Assembly (NCBI GenBank): GCA_030324005.1 | Contig: JARDVH010000031.1 | Span: 59,843,147-59,907,146 of the forward strand | DNA: 64,000 nucleotides | Reading direction: 5' to 3' | Source of the DNA: Negaprion brevirostris | Lineage: Eukaryota | The notes under the pieces: model-generated | Databases searched by the model: none | Seen by the model: the letters and a program-made list of their open reading frames with translations, nothing else | Told to the model about the DNA's origin: nothing | In this document: positions 1-12,850 of the stretch, in pieces | How the letters are laid out: each line of letters begins with the position of its first letter | Position numbering within the stretch: the first letter of the stretch is position 1 | Translations under genes and position numbers: made by a program

Positions 1-78
1 CCAATCTTGGTGTCATCAGCAAATTTCAACACCATACACTCGGTTCCCTCCTCCAGATCATCTATATAAATGGTAAAC
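1..78 (-). mobile_element. CR1-type LINE reverse transcriptase fragment (runs off window edge)
   Basis: Reverse strand translates FTIYIDDLEEGTECMVLKFADDTKIG, the RT catalytic (Y/F)ADD region. Confidence 0.8.
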
Positions 79-89
79 CAGACAATAAA

Positions 90-1622
90 TAGTGGGGAAC
101 ACTGAAATGGCGGAGGAGATAGTGGATCCGTAGGTTATAATATTCCAAAATTCCCTGGACACAGGAAAGGTTCCAATGGATTGGAAAAATGCTAATGTAG
201 TGCCCTTATTCAAAAAGGGAGGGAGGCAAAATGTGGGAAATTACAGACTAGTTAGTTTAACATCTGTTGTTGGGAAAGTGTTAGAATCAATTATCAAGAA
301 AGCAACATTAGGACACTTGGAAAATCAAAACGCTATTCATTAGAGTCAGCAGAGTTTTTTGAAAGGCAAATCATGTTTGACTAATTTGCTAAAGTTCTTC
401 AAAGATGTAACAAGTTAAATAATAATGGGGATCCTGCAGGTGTAGTATATCTGGACTTCTGGAAGGCATTTGATAAAGTACCGCACAAAAGGTTAATGCA
501 CAAGGTTAGGTCACATGGGAATAGGGGTAATTTATTAGTTTAGATAGGTAACTGGCTGATAGATAGAAGACAGAGAGTTGGGATAACTTTTGTTTTGGAT
601 GGCAAGAAGTAACGAGTGGGGTGCCACAGGGTTCAGTCCTTAGGCCTCAACTACTTACAATCTATATTAATGACTTGGGTACAGGGATAGAAGGCTCTAT
701 AGCCAAATTTGCAGATGACACAAAAATAGGTGGGGCAGTATGCTGCAATGAGGAAATAAGAACTTTATAAATGGATACAGATAGTTTAGGAAAGTGGGTT
801 AAAATGTGGCAGATGGAGTTTAACGTGGATAAGTGTGAGGTCATACACTTTGGTCAGAAAAATAGGAAGATTATTATCTAAATGGGGAGAGATTTTGGGG
901 TGTTCCAGTGCAGAGGGATCTGGGTGTCCTCGTTCATGAGTCATATGCAGGTACAGCCGATACTAATAAAAAAAGTGAATGGAATGTTGGCATTTATAGC
1001 TAAAGGAATAGTATATAAAGGTAAAGAAGTATTGCTGCAACTATACAAGGCATTGGTGAGACCGCACCTGGAGTTTTGTGCACATTTTTGATCCACTTAT
1101 TTCAGGAAGGATGTAATAACATGGAAGGCAGTTCAGAGAAGGTTCACTAGATTGATTCCAGACATAAGGGGTTTGTCGTATGAAGAGGGATTGAACAGCT
1201 TAGGCCTTTACTTTCTGGAATTTAGAAGAATGAGGGGAGATCAAATTGTGGTATACAAGATGATAAAAGGTATGGATAAAGTAGACGTGGAGCAGATGTT
1301 TCCACTAGTGAGGCATTCTAGGATGAAAGATCATACTCTTAGGATAAGCTGTGGAAAATTTAAAACAAAGTTGAGGAGAATCTACTTCTCCCAAAGGGTT
1401 GTGAATCTGTGGAATTCACTACCCCAAAGTGTGATGGATACTGGGGCAGTGAGTAAAGTTAAGGTGGAGTTAGACAATTTTTTAGTTGGTAATGGGTTAA
1501 AGGGTTATGGAGAAGAGGCAGGAAAATGGGGATAAGGAGCACATCAAACATGATTGAATGATGGAGTAGACTCAATGGGCCAAATGGCCTAATTCTGCTC
1601 CTATATCTTATGAATTTATGAA
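90..1622 (+). mobile_element. 5'-truncated CR1-type LINE (decayed ORF2 RT plus 3' UTR)
   Basis: Recognisable motifs DWKNANVVPLFKKG, GVPQGSVLG, KFADDTKIGG (~705-735), LYKALVRPHLE, RRMRGD and FSQRVVNLWNSLP, with frameshifts and stops; TTATGA-type tail at ~1610. Confidence 0.9.
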
Positions 1623-1639
1623 CCATGAACAAATGGTTA

Positions 1640-1968
1640 TAACTGGAGTATCTAGAACTAGGGGCCCTGGCTCAAAAATAAGGAATCACTTATTTAAGAT
1701 GGAGATATGGATGGATTTCTTCTCTCAGAGGCCCATCAGTCTTTTGAATTCTTTTCAACAGACAGCAGTGAAGGCTAGGTCATTGAATATATTCAAGACT
1801 GATTTAGACATTTTTGATCAACAAGGGAGTCTATGGTTACAAAGGACCAGCAAGAAAGTGGAGTTAAAGCCATAATCAGATCGGCCATGATCTTGCTGAA
1901 TGGTAGAACAGGCTTGATGGGCAGAATAGCCTACTCCCCTTATTTCTTTTGATCTTATGATTTTATGA
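1640..1968 (+). mobile_element. CR1-type LINE 3' end fragment
   Basis: SRTRG..KIR...FFSQR C-terminal ORF2 motif, then a 3' UTR similar to the preceding copy with a TTATGA tail. Confidence 0.75.
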
Positions 1969-2654
1969 CCTTTCATAGGGCTGGGGTAATCTAATAGGTA
2001 GTGTTTGTCTCTAATGAACTAACAGGTAATACTTTGGAAACTAAGCCTCAAAACACGAGTTTAGATGTTGCTGCCTCTTTATAGATTGGCAATGACCTTA
2101 CTTCCTTAATGTCAGCTCCAATGCCTTCAGATGAGAATTGCTTCAGATATGAGCCTAGTAACTATTACTACTGAAATCAATCTGGTTAAAGCTGTTGCCT
2201 CGGACATCAGCCATCCTCAGTCATCTCACGCCTCCACGGGTCCAAAAAACTATCTCAGCCACTCACTGCTCAATTTCATCTCTTGCAGGGAGCACTTTGT
2301 AGAAGTCTTAGATTAGAGTGGGTAAATTGCCTGACAAAATGGTATCAGAAAGTGGCCTGGAGAAAGAAACCATTGATTTTGTTCACACTTTCTGATGAAT
2401 GTTGTTCATTGTATATTCTACGTCCAGTTCTGTAGCTAGGCTCTCCCTCAATTTACCTCAGATATCTGTCTAATACTATGTAAGTGTTGCCTATCCTTGA
2501 TATGCTGTCGTAAATACATTTGGCGTGTATAGCTCTTGGCCTAATGATCACACAGAGTTAGGAGTTTAGTCCTGTGTCAGCTTTCAACTTTTGAGAGTTG
2601 AACAATGCCAGGAGAAATTGTTGCCCTTGAACTGACTTGCTAAGATCTTCCCAA

Positions 2655-2952
2655 GGGCAGTTAAGAGTCAATTATATTGCTGTGCATCTAGAGTCAAGTG
2701 TAGGCCAACCAGGTAAGGATAGTAGATTCCTTTACCCTAAAGACATTGGGACATCAGTGAACCAGAAGGGTTTTTACAACAATCAACACTGATTTCATGG
2801 TCACTGTTACTGCAACTAGCTGTATATTACAGATTTATTTATTAGTTCAAATTCCACCAACTGCTGTGGTGGGATTTGAATTCATATCCCCAGAGCGTTA
2901 GCCTGGATTACAGCAGTACTAGTTCAGCAACAATAACATGATGCCACCATCT
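2655..2952 (-). mobile_element. tRNA-derived SINE (same family as 61485-61670)
   Basis: Reverse complement resembles the + strand copy at 61.5 kb (A-box-like head, TTCAAATC B-box-like segment, similar body). Confidence 0.6.
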
Positions 2953-3117
2953 CTAAGACACAGCTCAAAGCTGTGTGGATCTAACTAGGATAAGAAACTT
3001 GCTGAAGGGTACAAATAAACAAGTACTTTTTCGTGTGATGATGGCAGGATAAGGAAAGTATAAAGTGAGCAGCCCTAGGATGTGACCACATTTTCTAATC
3101 TATCACAATAAATTGGA

Positions 3118-3413
3118 TTTTTTTTATTAGTGTCAGAAGTAAGCTTAAATTAACAATGCAATGAAGTTATTGTGAAAATTCCCTAGTCACCATACTCCAA
3201 CACGTGTTTGGGTACACTGAAGGGGAATTTATTGTGGCCAATGCACCTAACCAGCACGTCTTTCAACTGTGGGAGGAAACCAAAACCCCCGAGGAAATCC
3301 ACACAGTCATAGGGAGAACATGCAGACTCCACACAGTGACTCAAGCTGGAAATTGAACCCAGGTCCCTGGCGCTATGAGGCAGCAGTGCTAACTGATGTG
3401 CCACCATGCCACC
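3118..3413 (-). mobile_element. HE1-like shark tRNA SINE
   Basis: Reverse strand GGTGGCACATCAGTTAGCACTGCTGCCTCATAGCGCCAGGGACCTGGGTTCAATT, a tRNA-like head with A/B boxes; similar to copies at 55.4 and 62.1 kb. Confidence 0.8.
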
Positions 3414-4889
3414 CATATGAAGCTTAGTATAAATAATGAAGACAATATTAAACTAGGAAAAACATTGCAGTTGAAGAAGAAAGCACGGAAACTATAGAAT
3501 GAGATAAACAAAATATTTGAATGTGCTGAAATTGAAAGGGAACATTGGTTGGCACACAACATATCAAACAATGTAGAGCAGCAATCAACAGTCAGTAGGT
3601 TGTTGAGCTGGATCATCCAAAATAATAGAAGACAAGGCAGAGGAGTCATTATCAAGCATTTGCAGCCAGTTCCAAATGTAAATAAATGAAGCACTGTATG
3701 AAGGTCACTCATATTCTTTTCATGTTTTCAGACTGAACAATTATAGGACAATGCATTTTAACTTTTTAGTCAAATAGCTCTTCTATCTGCAAATGTCCTC
3801 CTTCATTTACTTTGTTGTTTTATAGGAATTGTATTTCTTTAATAAATTGCGCAGCCTTGTTGAATTACATCTGCTACTCCATTGATGTCGAGTGTCAGGG
3901 CTCTGAGTTATGATTCAATCCGCAAAGGTTGCGGATTCCCTTTCAATTTCAGCCTGATGCGACCTTATAGCAATATATAAAATAGCACATAGTGTGGAAA
4001 AGGTTAATCCTGAATGCTGCTCTTCAATGATTGAGTGGAACAAGGACCAGCATACATGGGTTCACATTAGCGAAAGGATACTTTATGATTAATGGCAGTG
4101 GGGTCTTTGTCACATATATAATGATCACTGCCTGTGAATGGACTTCTTTGTTGGATTACATTTACTTTTAAAGAATCGACTAGTACAGTAATGGGGGTGA
4201 GCGGAACAAGATGTGGGGATGTTCTAGATGAATTACTCAAGTTGGGCTGAATGACCTTCCTCAACTCTGGATATCTTTTGATTTTGTTCTTGAGGTCTAC
4301 TGGCAATCCTTTCTCTGTGAAAAAAGCAGACGGCACTTTATTAGTGTATAACTGCATTCACGTAAATGTGTACCGTATTATCATTACAGAGACTACTATG
4401 GATTGTACGTAATCAATAAGTACAGACACCTTGATGCGACACCTTCTTCAACTTAGAGATAATATTCTCCATTGCAGATAATATTAGCCTCTGCACTGTA
4501 GTACACTTCTCACATTGTCGCTTTGTAGATTTTTCAATAGGTAACTTTAACTTTCATAGGTGGTGTAAAAGAGGCAATACTGGATCAGTTGCCCATTATA
4601 CATTTTCTATTCCATATGAGGTGCTTCACCAAAAATTTAAATAAAATTTTCTACCTTCCATAAAAAGATCAAATATAGTTTCTTTCTGTGGAATAGGTTT
4701 ATGCCGTAGAGTCAACCACCTGATCCACACTATGTCATTCCTGCTGTGCCTGAGTTTTATCTTAAAGATATTTTAATGCCTGCAGCTCCCTTAGAAAGAT
4801 AAATAGAGTGGTGGGGATCCTTGTGAAAATTGACACGACTCTGGAGACTTGAGGCCTTAACAATTGCAATGAGCCAAAAAGAAACTTAA

Positions 4890-5200
4890 AATCATAGAAT
4901 AATACAACACAGAAGGAGGCTATTCCATCCACCAAGTGTGCACTGGCTCTTTCAGAGTCTGCTTGGTCCCACTTCCTCATTCTTTCCTCGAATTAGGATT
5001 ACTACTAAATCCCAACACCCTATCATTCCAAATCCTCACCATTTATTACACGAAGTAACTTTTCTTTGTGCTGCCTCTGGCTCTTTTGCCAATCTTTCTA
5101 AATCTGTACCCTCGAGTTACCAACCCTTAAACTACACTGAAAGCAGCTTCTCTTTATTTACTTTACCTAAACTTGTCATGATTTTAGTTAAACATGGGGA
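4890..5200 (-). mobile_element. Decayed LINE 3' end
   Basis: Begins ATCATAGAAT..ACAACACAGAAGGAGGCTATTC, the antisense CR1-type tail also seen at ~53.7 kb. Confidence 0.55.
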
Positions 5201-5739
5201 ATGATCTACTTCAGGGAGGTAACATATTGTGGCAGAATTCACTTCCTCAAAGTCCTCACCGCATCTTCTAACTCCTCACTTAGTCTGGTATTTTCTGACT
5301 GTAAATCAATATTTTGTTCCAGTGTTCAGTCTAACAGCAGTTTTGTCTGAGCACAGCGCATCCTATTATGAGCCCCCTATTCCCAATGTAACTGATTGTT
5401 CAGCACAGATGCACTCTCCTGCCAGAAGTCAGTTCCTTTTTGCAACTTATCTAATAGTTCCCTTAACTCCTTGCACTTTTTACTCAGTTGTAAGGTGCAC
5501 AGATGTGCACTGTAAGCCAACTTATTCCGGATTCATCCTAACTCACTGTTTCCTTTCTGAACCTCTTTAGAAAGCCTATCAAGGATATGCTCATAATCTT
5601 CATACATTCTACAGCTCCCAGGACATTGTTCATTCCAGATGCTCCTGTCTCCTCTGTCAAACTGTCTATCAGTCACCTTCTAGCATATGCCAAAGCCATT
5701 GTGATTCTTTCTCTTCCTACTCCACACATTTAACTACAA

Positions 5740-6198
5740 CCTGGGGTGTTGTTCCGCTATAAATCTTATGATGGACAAACTGGGTTGTTTTCTCTGGAGC
5801 GGCAGAGGCTGAGGGGAGACCTGATAAAAATCTATAAAATTATGAGAGGCATAGATAGGGTTGACAGTCAGGATCTTTTTTTCCAAAGTTGAAATGTCTA
5901 ATACTAGGGGGCATGTATTTAAGGTGAAAGGGAGAAAATTCAAAGGAGATGGTGAGGGTCATGTTTTTTACACAGAATGGTAGGTGTCTGGAATGCATTG
6001 CTAGAATGGTGGTGCAGGCAGATACAGTAGGGGCATTTAATTGACTTTTAGATAAGCACATGAATATGCAAGGAATACAGAGATATGGACCAAGGGCAGG
6101 CAGAAAGGATTGATTGAATTTTGGTGTCATGTTCGGCACAACATTGTGGGTCAAAGGGCTTGTTCCTAAACTGTACAGTTCTATGTTCTTCGTCCTAA
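5740..6198 (+). mobile_element. CR1-type LINE 3' end
   Basis: LGCFLWSGRG*GET and IYKIMRGIDRVD frames of the ORF2 C-terminus; TTCTATGTTCT tail at ~6180. Confidence 0.8.
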
Positions 6199-7149
6199 TG
6201 AGACTCCAGATCGCTAGTCGAGGTTCATGGCACTCCCTTCCTCTTTTCCTGACAGCATTCTATCCCTATCCATCTCTGCACAGTTTGTTCTTGAACGTGT
6301 ATTGCTCCTATTGTTTATATGCAGGATCTTTTTAGGTGTCTGGCCTACCTGCTTCAATTAGACACTGCTCATCAGCATGGCTTCAGTTACTGTCTTCCTG
6401 GCTGCAGCCAACCTGCATGATTTCAACTATTCAGCCCACCAGCATTGCTCTGCTTCCTCAGCTTATCTCTTAGGAACTTGGCCTCCCTGTGCAGCTTCAA
6501 CTACTGTACCCAACAGCATGCCTCTCCCTCCTACATTGGTGCCTCTAATTATCTGATAAGAGTACCCTGCCGACTATGCCAAATTGTTTTGGTGGACTTC
6601 CTCCAACTAACAACAGGAGTCTCAGGTACAACCATTTATTCATGATTCAGGCACAGAGAGAGGTACCCCAGAGAAACCTCCGAAGCAGCACTGTCCTCTA
6701 ATAGAACTGCCGGGAGACTTGAGTCCCAGGCCCGTTCATCCTACTTAAGTTGCGTGGTAATACTTATTTTAATAACTTATGCAGCTCCCCACTGACTTCC
6801 AGTGCAGACGCCATGCCACCAGAAATCCAGCACTGGGAGACGCTATCAGAGTGGAGCACCTGGTGTGGATCTCACAGATAGGGTACCGCTTGAATCTCCT
6901 GGCCCACTGCGCTAAAAAATGTGGGATAGGAGAATCACCCCCCATGAGTTTGGGAGAAGCTCTCAAAAAGGTTTCTCCCAGTCGCTGCTATACATCTTGT
7001 AGATGGTGTACATTGTTGCCATTGTACATCATGGTTGATGGAGTGGGAGTTTGAGGCGGTGGTTGGGGTACCAATCAAGTGACTGCTTCGTCTTGAATGG
7101 CCTCAGTCTTGATTGTTGCTGCAACCACACTCATCCAGGCAAGTGAAAA

Positions 7150-7243
7150 GTAGTAAAAAAGCTAGAAAAACTCAGCAGGTCTAGGAGCATCTGTGGAGAG
7201 GAACAGAGTTATATTTTATGTCCAATATGATTCCTCTTCGGAA
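7150..7243 (-). mobile_element. Penelope-like pLTR fragment with a degenerate hammerhead core
   Basis: AAACTCAGCAGGTCT..GCATCTGTGGAGAG..AACAGAGTTA pattern; reverse strand shows CCGAAGA...TAAAATAT where CTGAAGA...CGAAACGT would be expected. Confidence 0.5.
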
Positions 7244-7575
7244 TAGAAGTGAGAATTATTCCATCACACCCCTGGATTGCGTCTTGGAGATGGAAGAAAG
7301 GCTATTGGAGTCAGGAGATAAGTCATTCACCATGGAATATACAACTTTTGACCTCGTTTTGTAACAACAATGTTGTGTTATAATGTACATGTATCTTTAA
7401 GGATGCATAGTTTGTTGTCAATCACTAGCATCTCGACAAAATGTGATGTAGTAATCTCATGATTTTTATTCACTCTACAAGTAGCAGCTGTAATAGTCAG
7501 ATGGACTAGATTTAGTATCTTAGCTAACTCTGTCTTTATATAGTTTTATCTTGAATTAAAAAAGCACACATTTTT

Positions 7576-10179
7576 GGCTGAGAGCTTCTGACGTCTGTGG
7601 GGGTTGTACCTAGGAGATACCCCAGAATATGATCTTAGGGAATCCCTGGAAGTCCCCATTGAGGGACTGTGCGGGAATTGCCTGGGAAGCTTAAGCTTCT
7701 GATGGAAAATTGGGAATGATCCAATACTCTAATTTGAATCGGATTTCAGATGGTCTCTTAGTAAAATAGTTACCCAGGGAAAGGTGGAAGAATTAAAACC
7801 AATGCTAATTCCTGGTTAACTATAGCACTGAACTGACTAAACCCTCACTCCCCCAACTACTCTGCTAGCCTCTGAACTGAAGCCCTACTTCCCAATTACT
7901 CTCCAAACCCTCCAAGAACCGCCCAACTACTTGCACCCTGACTTTGCTCCCAACTGCGCCCCCCTCCATGATTACCCTCCCACACTGGTGGTCACCTACC
8001 TGACTATCCCCATCCCTGACTACCCTTTCAACCCCCAACTGCCCCATTTCCGTGACTATCCCTCTGACAAGCCTCTGATGCATCCAACCCCAACTCATCC
8101 TACCCCTTCATTATCATGAAAGAGGTAATGTTGGGCAAGCTAATGGGGCTAAAAGCAGACAAGTTTTCTGGTCCTGATGGAATGCATCCCAGGGTACTAA
8201 ATGAAAAGGCAGGGGAAATAGCGAATGCACTAGTGGTAATTTACCAAAATTCGCTACACTCTGGGGTAGTTCCTGCAGATTAGAAAACAGCAAATGTGAC
8301 GCCATTGTTTAAAAAAGAAGGTAGACAAAAGGCAGGTAACTATAGGCTGGTTAGCTTAACTTCTGTAGTAGGGAAAATGCTTCAATCTACCATCAAAGAA
8401 GAAATAGCAAGACATCTGGATATAAATTATCCTATTGGTAAGATGCAGCATGGGTTCATGAAGGGGAGATCATGTTTGGCTAATTTGGTGNNNNNNNNNN
8501 NNNNNNNNNNNNNNNNNNNNNNNNNNNNNNNNNNNNNNNNNNNNNNNNNNNNNNNNNNNNNNNNNNNNNNNNNNNNNNNNNNNNNNNNNNNNNNNNNNNN
8601 NNNNNNNNNNNNNNNNNNNNNNNNNNNNNNNNNNNNNNNNNNNNNNNNNNNNNNNNNNNNNNNNNNNNNNNNNNNNNNNNNNNNNNNNNNNNNNNNNNNN
8701 NNNNNNNNNNNNNNNNNNNNNNNNNNNNNNNNNNNNNNNNNNNNNNNNNNNNNNNNNNNNNNNNNNNNNNNNNNNNNNNNNNNNNNNNNNNNNNNNNNNN
8801 NNNNNNNNNNNNNNNNNNNNNNNNNNNNNNNNNNNNNNNNNNNNNNNNNNNNNNNNNNNNNNNNNNNNNNNNNNNNNNNNNNNNNNNNNNNNNNNNNNNN
8901 NNNNNNNNNNNNNNNNNNNNNNNNNNNNNNNNNNNNNNNNNNNNNNNNNNNNNNNNNNNNNNNNNNNNNNNNNNNNNNNNNNNNNNNNNNNNNNNNNNNN
9001 NNNNNNNNNNNNNNNNNNNNNNNNNNNNNNNNNNNNNNNNNNNNNNNNNNNNNNNNNNNNNNNNNNNNNNNNNNNNNNNNNNNNNNNNNNNNNNNNNNNN
9101 NNNNNNNNNNNNNNNNNNNNNNNNNNNNNNNNNNNNNNNNNNNNNNNNNNNNNNNNNNNNNNNNNNNNNNNNNNNNNNNNNNNNNNNNNNNNNNNNNNNT
9201 GTGTACAGTTTTGGTCTCCTTACTTGAGAAAGGATATACTGGCACTGGAGGGGGTGCAGAAGCATTCGCTAGATTGATTCTGGAGTTGAGAGGGTTGGCT
9301 TATGGGACAAGACTGAGTAGCTTGGGGCTATACTCATTGGAATTCAGAAGAATGAGGGGAGATCTTATAGAAACATATAAGGTTAAGAAGGGAATAGATA
9401 AATTAGAAGCAGGAAGTTATATCCACTGGTGGGTGTAAGTAGAACTAGGGGGCATAGCCTCAAAATAAGGGGGAGCAGCTTTAGGACTAAGTTGAGGAGG
9501 AACTTCTTCATGCAAAGGGTTATGAATCTGTGGAATTCTCTGCCCAGTGAAGCAGTTGAGGCTATCTCATTGAGTGTTTTTAAAGCAAGAATAGATAAAT
9601 TTTTGAACAGTAAAATAATTAAGGGTTATGGCAAATGGGCTAGAAAGTGGAGCTGAGTCCAGAAAATGATCAGTCATGATCTTATTGAATGGCGGAGGAG
9701 GCTCAAGGGGTCAGGTGGCCTACTCCTGCTCCTAGTTCTTGTATTCTCATGTTCTTATATTCCCATCACTACCAAACTATCCCAATCCCCAATCCATCCT
9801 AGCCTGACCCATCATACCACCAATCCAACCTAAACCCTTTCACCATCCATTTTACAACTCTATCCAACTATCCTCCCACCAAATCCGATCCTACCTACCA
9901 ACCTATATATTCACCTTCACCCTGGCTTCTCAAAGTGGCAGGGAGCCTTTAAACTTATCTGCTTTACAGCAGCCTATGCTGTAAAAAGGGGATATGTCTT
10001 CACTTGCCCTAATGCTGGTGCACTAGGAGGAGAGGATTCCTGAACAGCTGCACTGCACCTTTCTCATCTGGCTTGAGTTTGAAGCTCGAACAAGAAATGT
10101 GTAGCTCCTTTCCAGTGAAAGTATAAAAGAGTGGGGTGGTCATCCAATTGTGACTGCCACTCCTCAGAAGCTCTAGATC
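7576..10179. mobile_element. Non-autonomous DNA transposon with terminal inverted repeats, carrying a nested LINE
   Basis: AGAGCTTCTGA (7581-7591) is the exact reverse complement of TCAGAAGCTCT (10164-10174); a C-rich low-complexity interior continues on both sides of the CR1 insertion. Confidence 0.45.
8117..9760 (+). mobile_element. CR1-type LINE (central part in N gap)
   Basis: KFSGPDGMHPRVL, NVTPLFKKEGRQKAGNYRLVSLTSVVGK, QHGFMKGRSCLANL, RRMRGDLIETYK and NLWNSLP motifs; TTCTTAT-type tail. Confidence 0.9.
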
Positions 10180-11998
10180 ATTGTTTCACCAATCCTTTTC
10201 TGAGTTTGTTCTGTTTTTGTCAAACAGAGGAATGTAACATGGTGGCAGCATAGTCTTGAAGATTTGAAAGAGAAATGTACAAGTTTCAAACCTTCCCATG
10301 CAGCAGAAGGAAAGATTTGATGTGGAAGTGAAAGAACTATCTTGTTTTATCATGTGTAAGTGATTCTGTTGCTCTGTCAGAATCATACATGCTGTACCTT
10401 TGTTCTGGGATCATACGTTGTTCCAGGCAGCAGGCATCAGGTCTTAGTAAGATGGTTCGAATTTGTGAGAGCTTAATCTATTTAAGGCTGACTCTTGACA
10501 GCTGCCTCTGGAAAGCCTATTCACAGAATTCACAGACAAGAAAGACCCCATTTGCTTATTTTCCACATAGGTAGTATGGGGAAATTGAAATACTGCAGCC
10601 TGGTCTGGAAAAGAAATTCCATTCAGAAGAAACCTGTAAATGAGCTGTTTTCACTGTTTAACTTTAAAGAAGTCTGCAGTATAAATCATGCCTAAAACAC
10701 TGTCTTGTAGGTGGAGCTTAGAGTTATCCTGGGAACAACCAGAAAGCATTAATCAGTGCCACCCTTGCAGTCAAGCTGTAACCTATAAATAGCTAAGGCA
10801 GTGGTCACTAAAGGTACTGCAACTCAAAGCTAAATTAATTCAAGAAGAGCTATGAAACAGATGTCATCTGCTCCAGATAGCATTAAAAATATCCTGCAGA
10901 AAGCTAAAAGATCAGCACAAGATTTTCCAACACTCAGCTGGATGGCAGCAAACCTCCTATCTGAATTTACTCTGTTCTGAAGTCAATATGTAGAGCTGTG
11001 TTTTCTGGACCTCAATATTTCCAAATCTGACAAATTAGCCATTAGAAGGAAAATTGCTATGGTAAATGAGGTCTCTTGAGACCAAGCATAGCAGATCTAT
11101 CTGATGACCATTGTAAAATTCATGACAAAATATAGCCAAAACTTGAAGATCAATTATGAATGAAGCTCAACTTCCAAATATGCCACCTGAAATTCATGTC
11201 TTTCAGAAAACAAACATTGATCAATTCATAAGTCAATGCAGAGACAAGGCACGTGACTGTGACTTGTGGAGCTAGCCAACAAAACAACTGAGCTCATGAT
11301 GGCATCTACTCCAATGCAAGTGTTCCAAAAAGACCTCATTGGCCAAGCCAAAGGTTACACTCTACAAATATTACTGCAAGGAATATGCAAATATGAAGCC
11401 ATCCTATTGGGTGGATACAGCCTACAGACTATGCATAATCTGTCCACCATTGGTATGATAACCAATGCAGGCAGTGGCTATATGCACTGCCTATTTGCAT
11501 TCACTGTATGCAAAGCACCTAGCACCAGAGCACACTGGAAGTGCCAATGCAGAAAGCAAAAGTTGGAACAAGTTGTTTGACATAGTGACAAGCCAGAACT
11601 ATAAACCAGACATGTACAGAATTCCAACAACCAAGATAACATACCAAACAGTCTTAAGGTGAGATCCAAAAGGTGTTGAACTATTCTAATATTGCCACAA
11701 AAACTCGCCCCAGTCATGTCAGATATTTTATATTATGAGCAATATGGGTCTAGTGATCACAGGTCTACTGATATGAAGGGACTGGCCTTTGGTCATCATT
11801 CATGATATTGTCTGGGCAATGACTGTATGATGGAGAAAAGGTCATTGATGAAACTGCTGAAGATAGTTCAGTTGAGAACAATGTCCTAAGGATGTTCTTC
11901 AGTGGTGCACTGGAACCGAGATAATTGGTTTCTACAACAACCACAACCTTCTTTTGTGCTAGGTATGACTTTGGTCACTTGAAATGTTTTACCCCTGA

Positions 11999-12850
11999 GA
12001 AAACATCTTATTCTGTCTTAAATAAGTGACCCCTTATTTTTAAGAAGTGACCCTTAGTTCCAGATTCTCTGACAAGAGGAAACATTCTCTCCATATCCAT
12101 GCTGTCAGTATCCCTCCGGATCTTAAAGGTTTTGATCAAGCCATCTCTTACTTTTTTAAACACCAACAGATGAAAGCCTATCTTTCCTCATAAGACAACC
12201 CATTAATTCCCGGTATCAGTCTAGTAAATCTCTGAACTCTTTAACACATTACATCTTCCTTAGATAAGCAGACCTACACAGAATACTCCACATGTAGTTT
12301 CACCAATGCCCTGTCCAACTGAAATTTAACCTCCCTACTTTTGTAATCAATTCCCCTCACAATAAATGATAACATTCTATTAGCTCTCCTAATGACTTGC
12401 TGTGCCTATATATCGGCATTTTGTAATTCATTCACAAGGACACTCAGATCCCTCTGTACCTCAGAGCTCTGTAACTCTATACGATTTAGATAATACACTT
12501 GTTTTTTATTCTTGTTGCCAAAATGGACAATTTCACATTTACCCACATTTATACTCTATTTATCAGAATTTGCCCACTCATTTAACATATTTCTATTCTT
12601 TTGTCACCTTCTTATGTCCTCTTCCCAATTTACTTTCCCACCTATGTTTGTGTTGTCAGCAAATTTAGCAGCCATACTTTCTGTTTCTTATCCAAGTTAT
12701 TTATAAAGATTGTAAACAGTTGAGGCCCTAGCACTGATGCTTGTGGCACACGAATCATTGCATCCTGCCAAACAAAAAAAAAATCCATTTATGCCAACTG
12801 TCTATTTCCTGATAGCTAGCCAATCTTTGATCCATGCTAATATGTTACCC
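11999..12850 (-). mobile_element. CR1-type LINE fragment
   Basis: Antisense RT region (GTCAGCAAATTTAGC = AKFAD at ~12655-12670) and C-terminal region (..FPLVRESGT..GHFLKIRGHLFKTE). Confidence 0.75.

Larger units (their letters stand above)
7372..11720 (+). mobile_element. Gypsy-type LTR retrotransposon remnant (interrupted LTR, PBS-like site, decayed gag)
   Basis: TGTAACA|TGGTGGCAGC LTR-end/PBS-like junction at 10233-10249; ORF 11266-11580 contains ELMMASTPMQVFQKDLIG..KG and a degenerate zinc knuckle C-KA-P-STRA-H-WKCQ-C (CX2CX4HX4C spacing). Confidence 0.5.

Noticed and set aside
7200-7243. Second possible hammerhead
   Set aside because: Core boxes are mutated (CCGAAGA, TAAAAT), so it is unlikely to be active
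8296-9438. Long ORFs spanning N runs (also at 15.3, 25.3, 28.1, 29.0, 39.9, 42.8, 46.4 and 50.8 kb)
   Set aside because: Artefacts of translating N gaps; real residues are LINE-derived or non-coding
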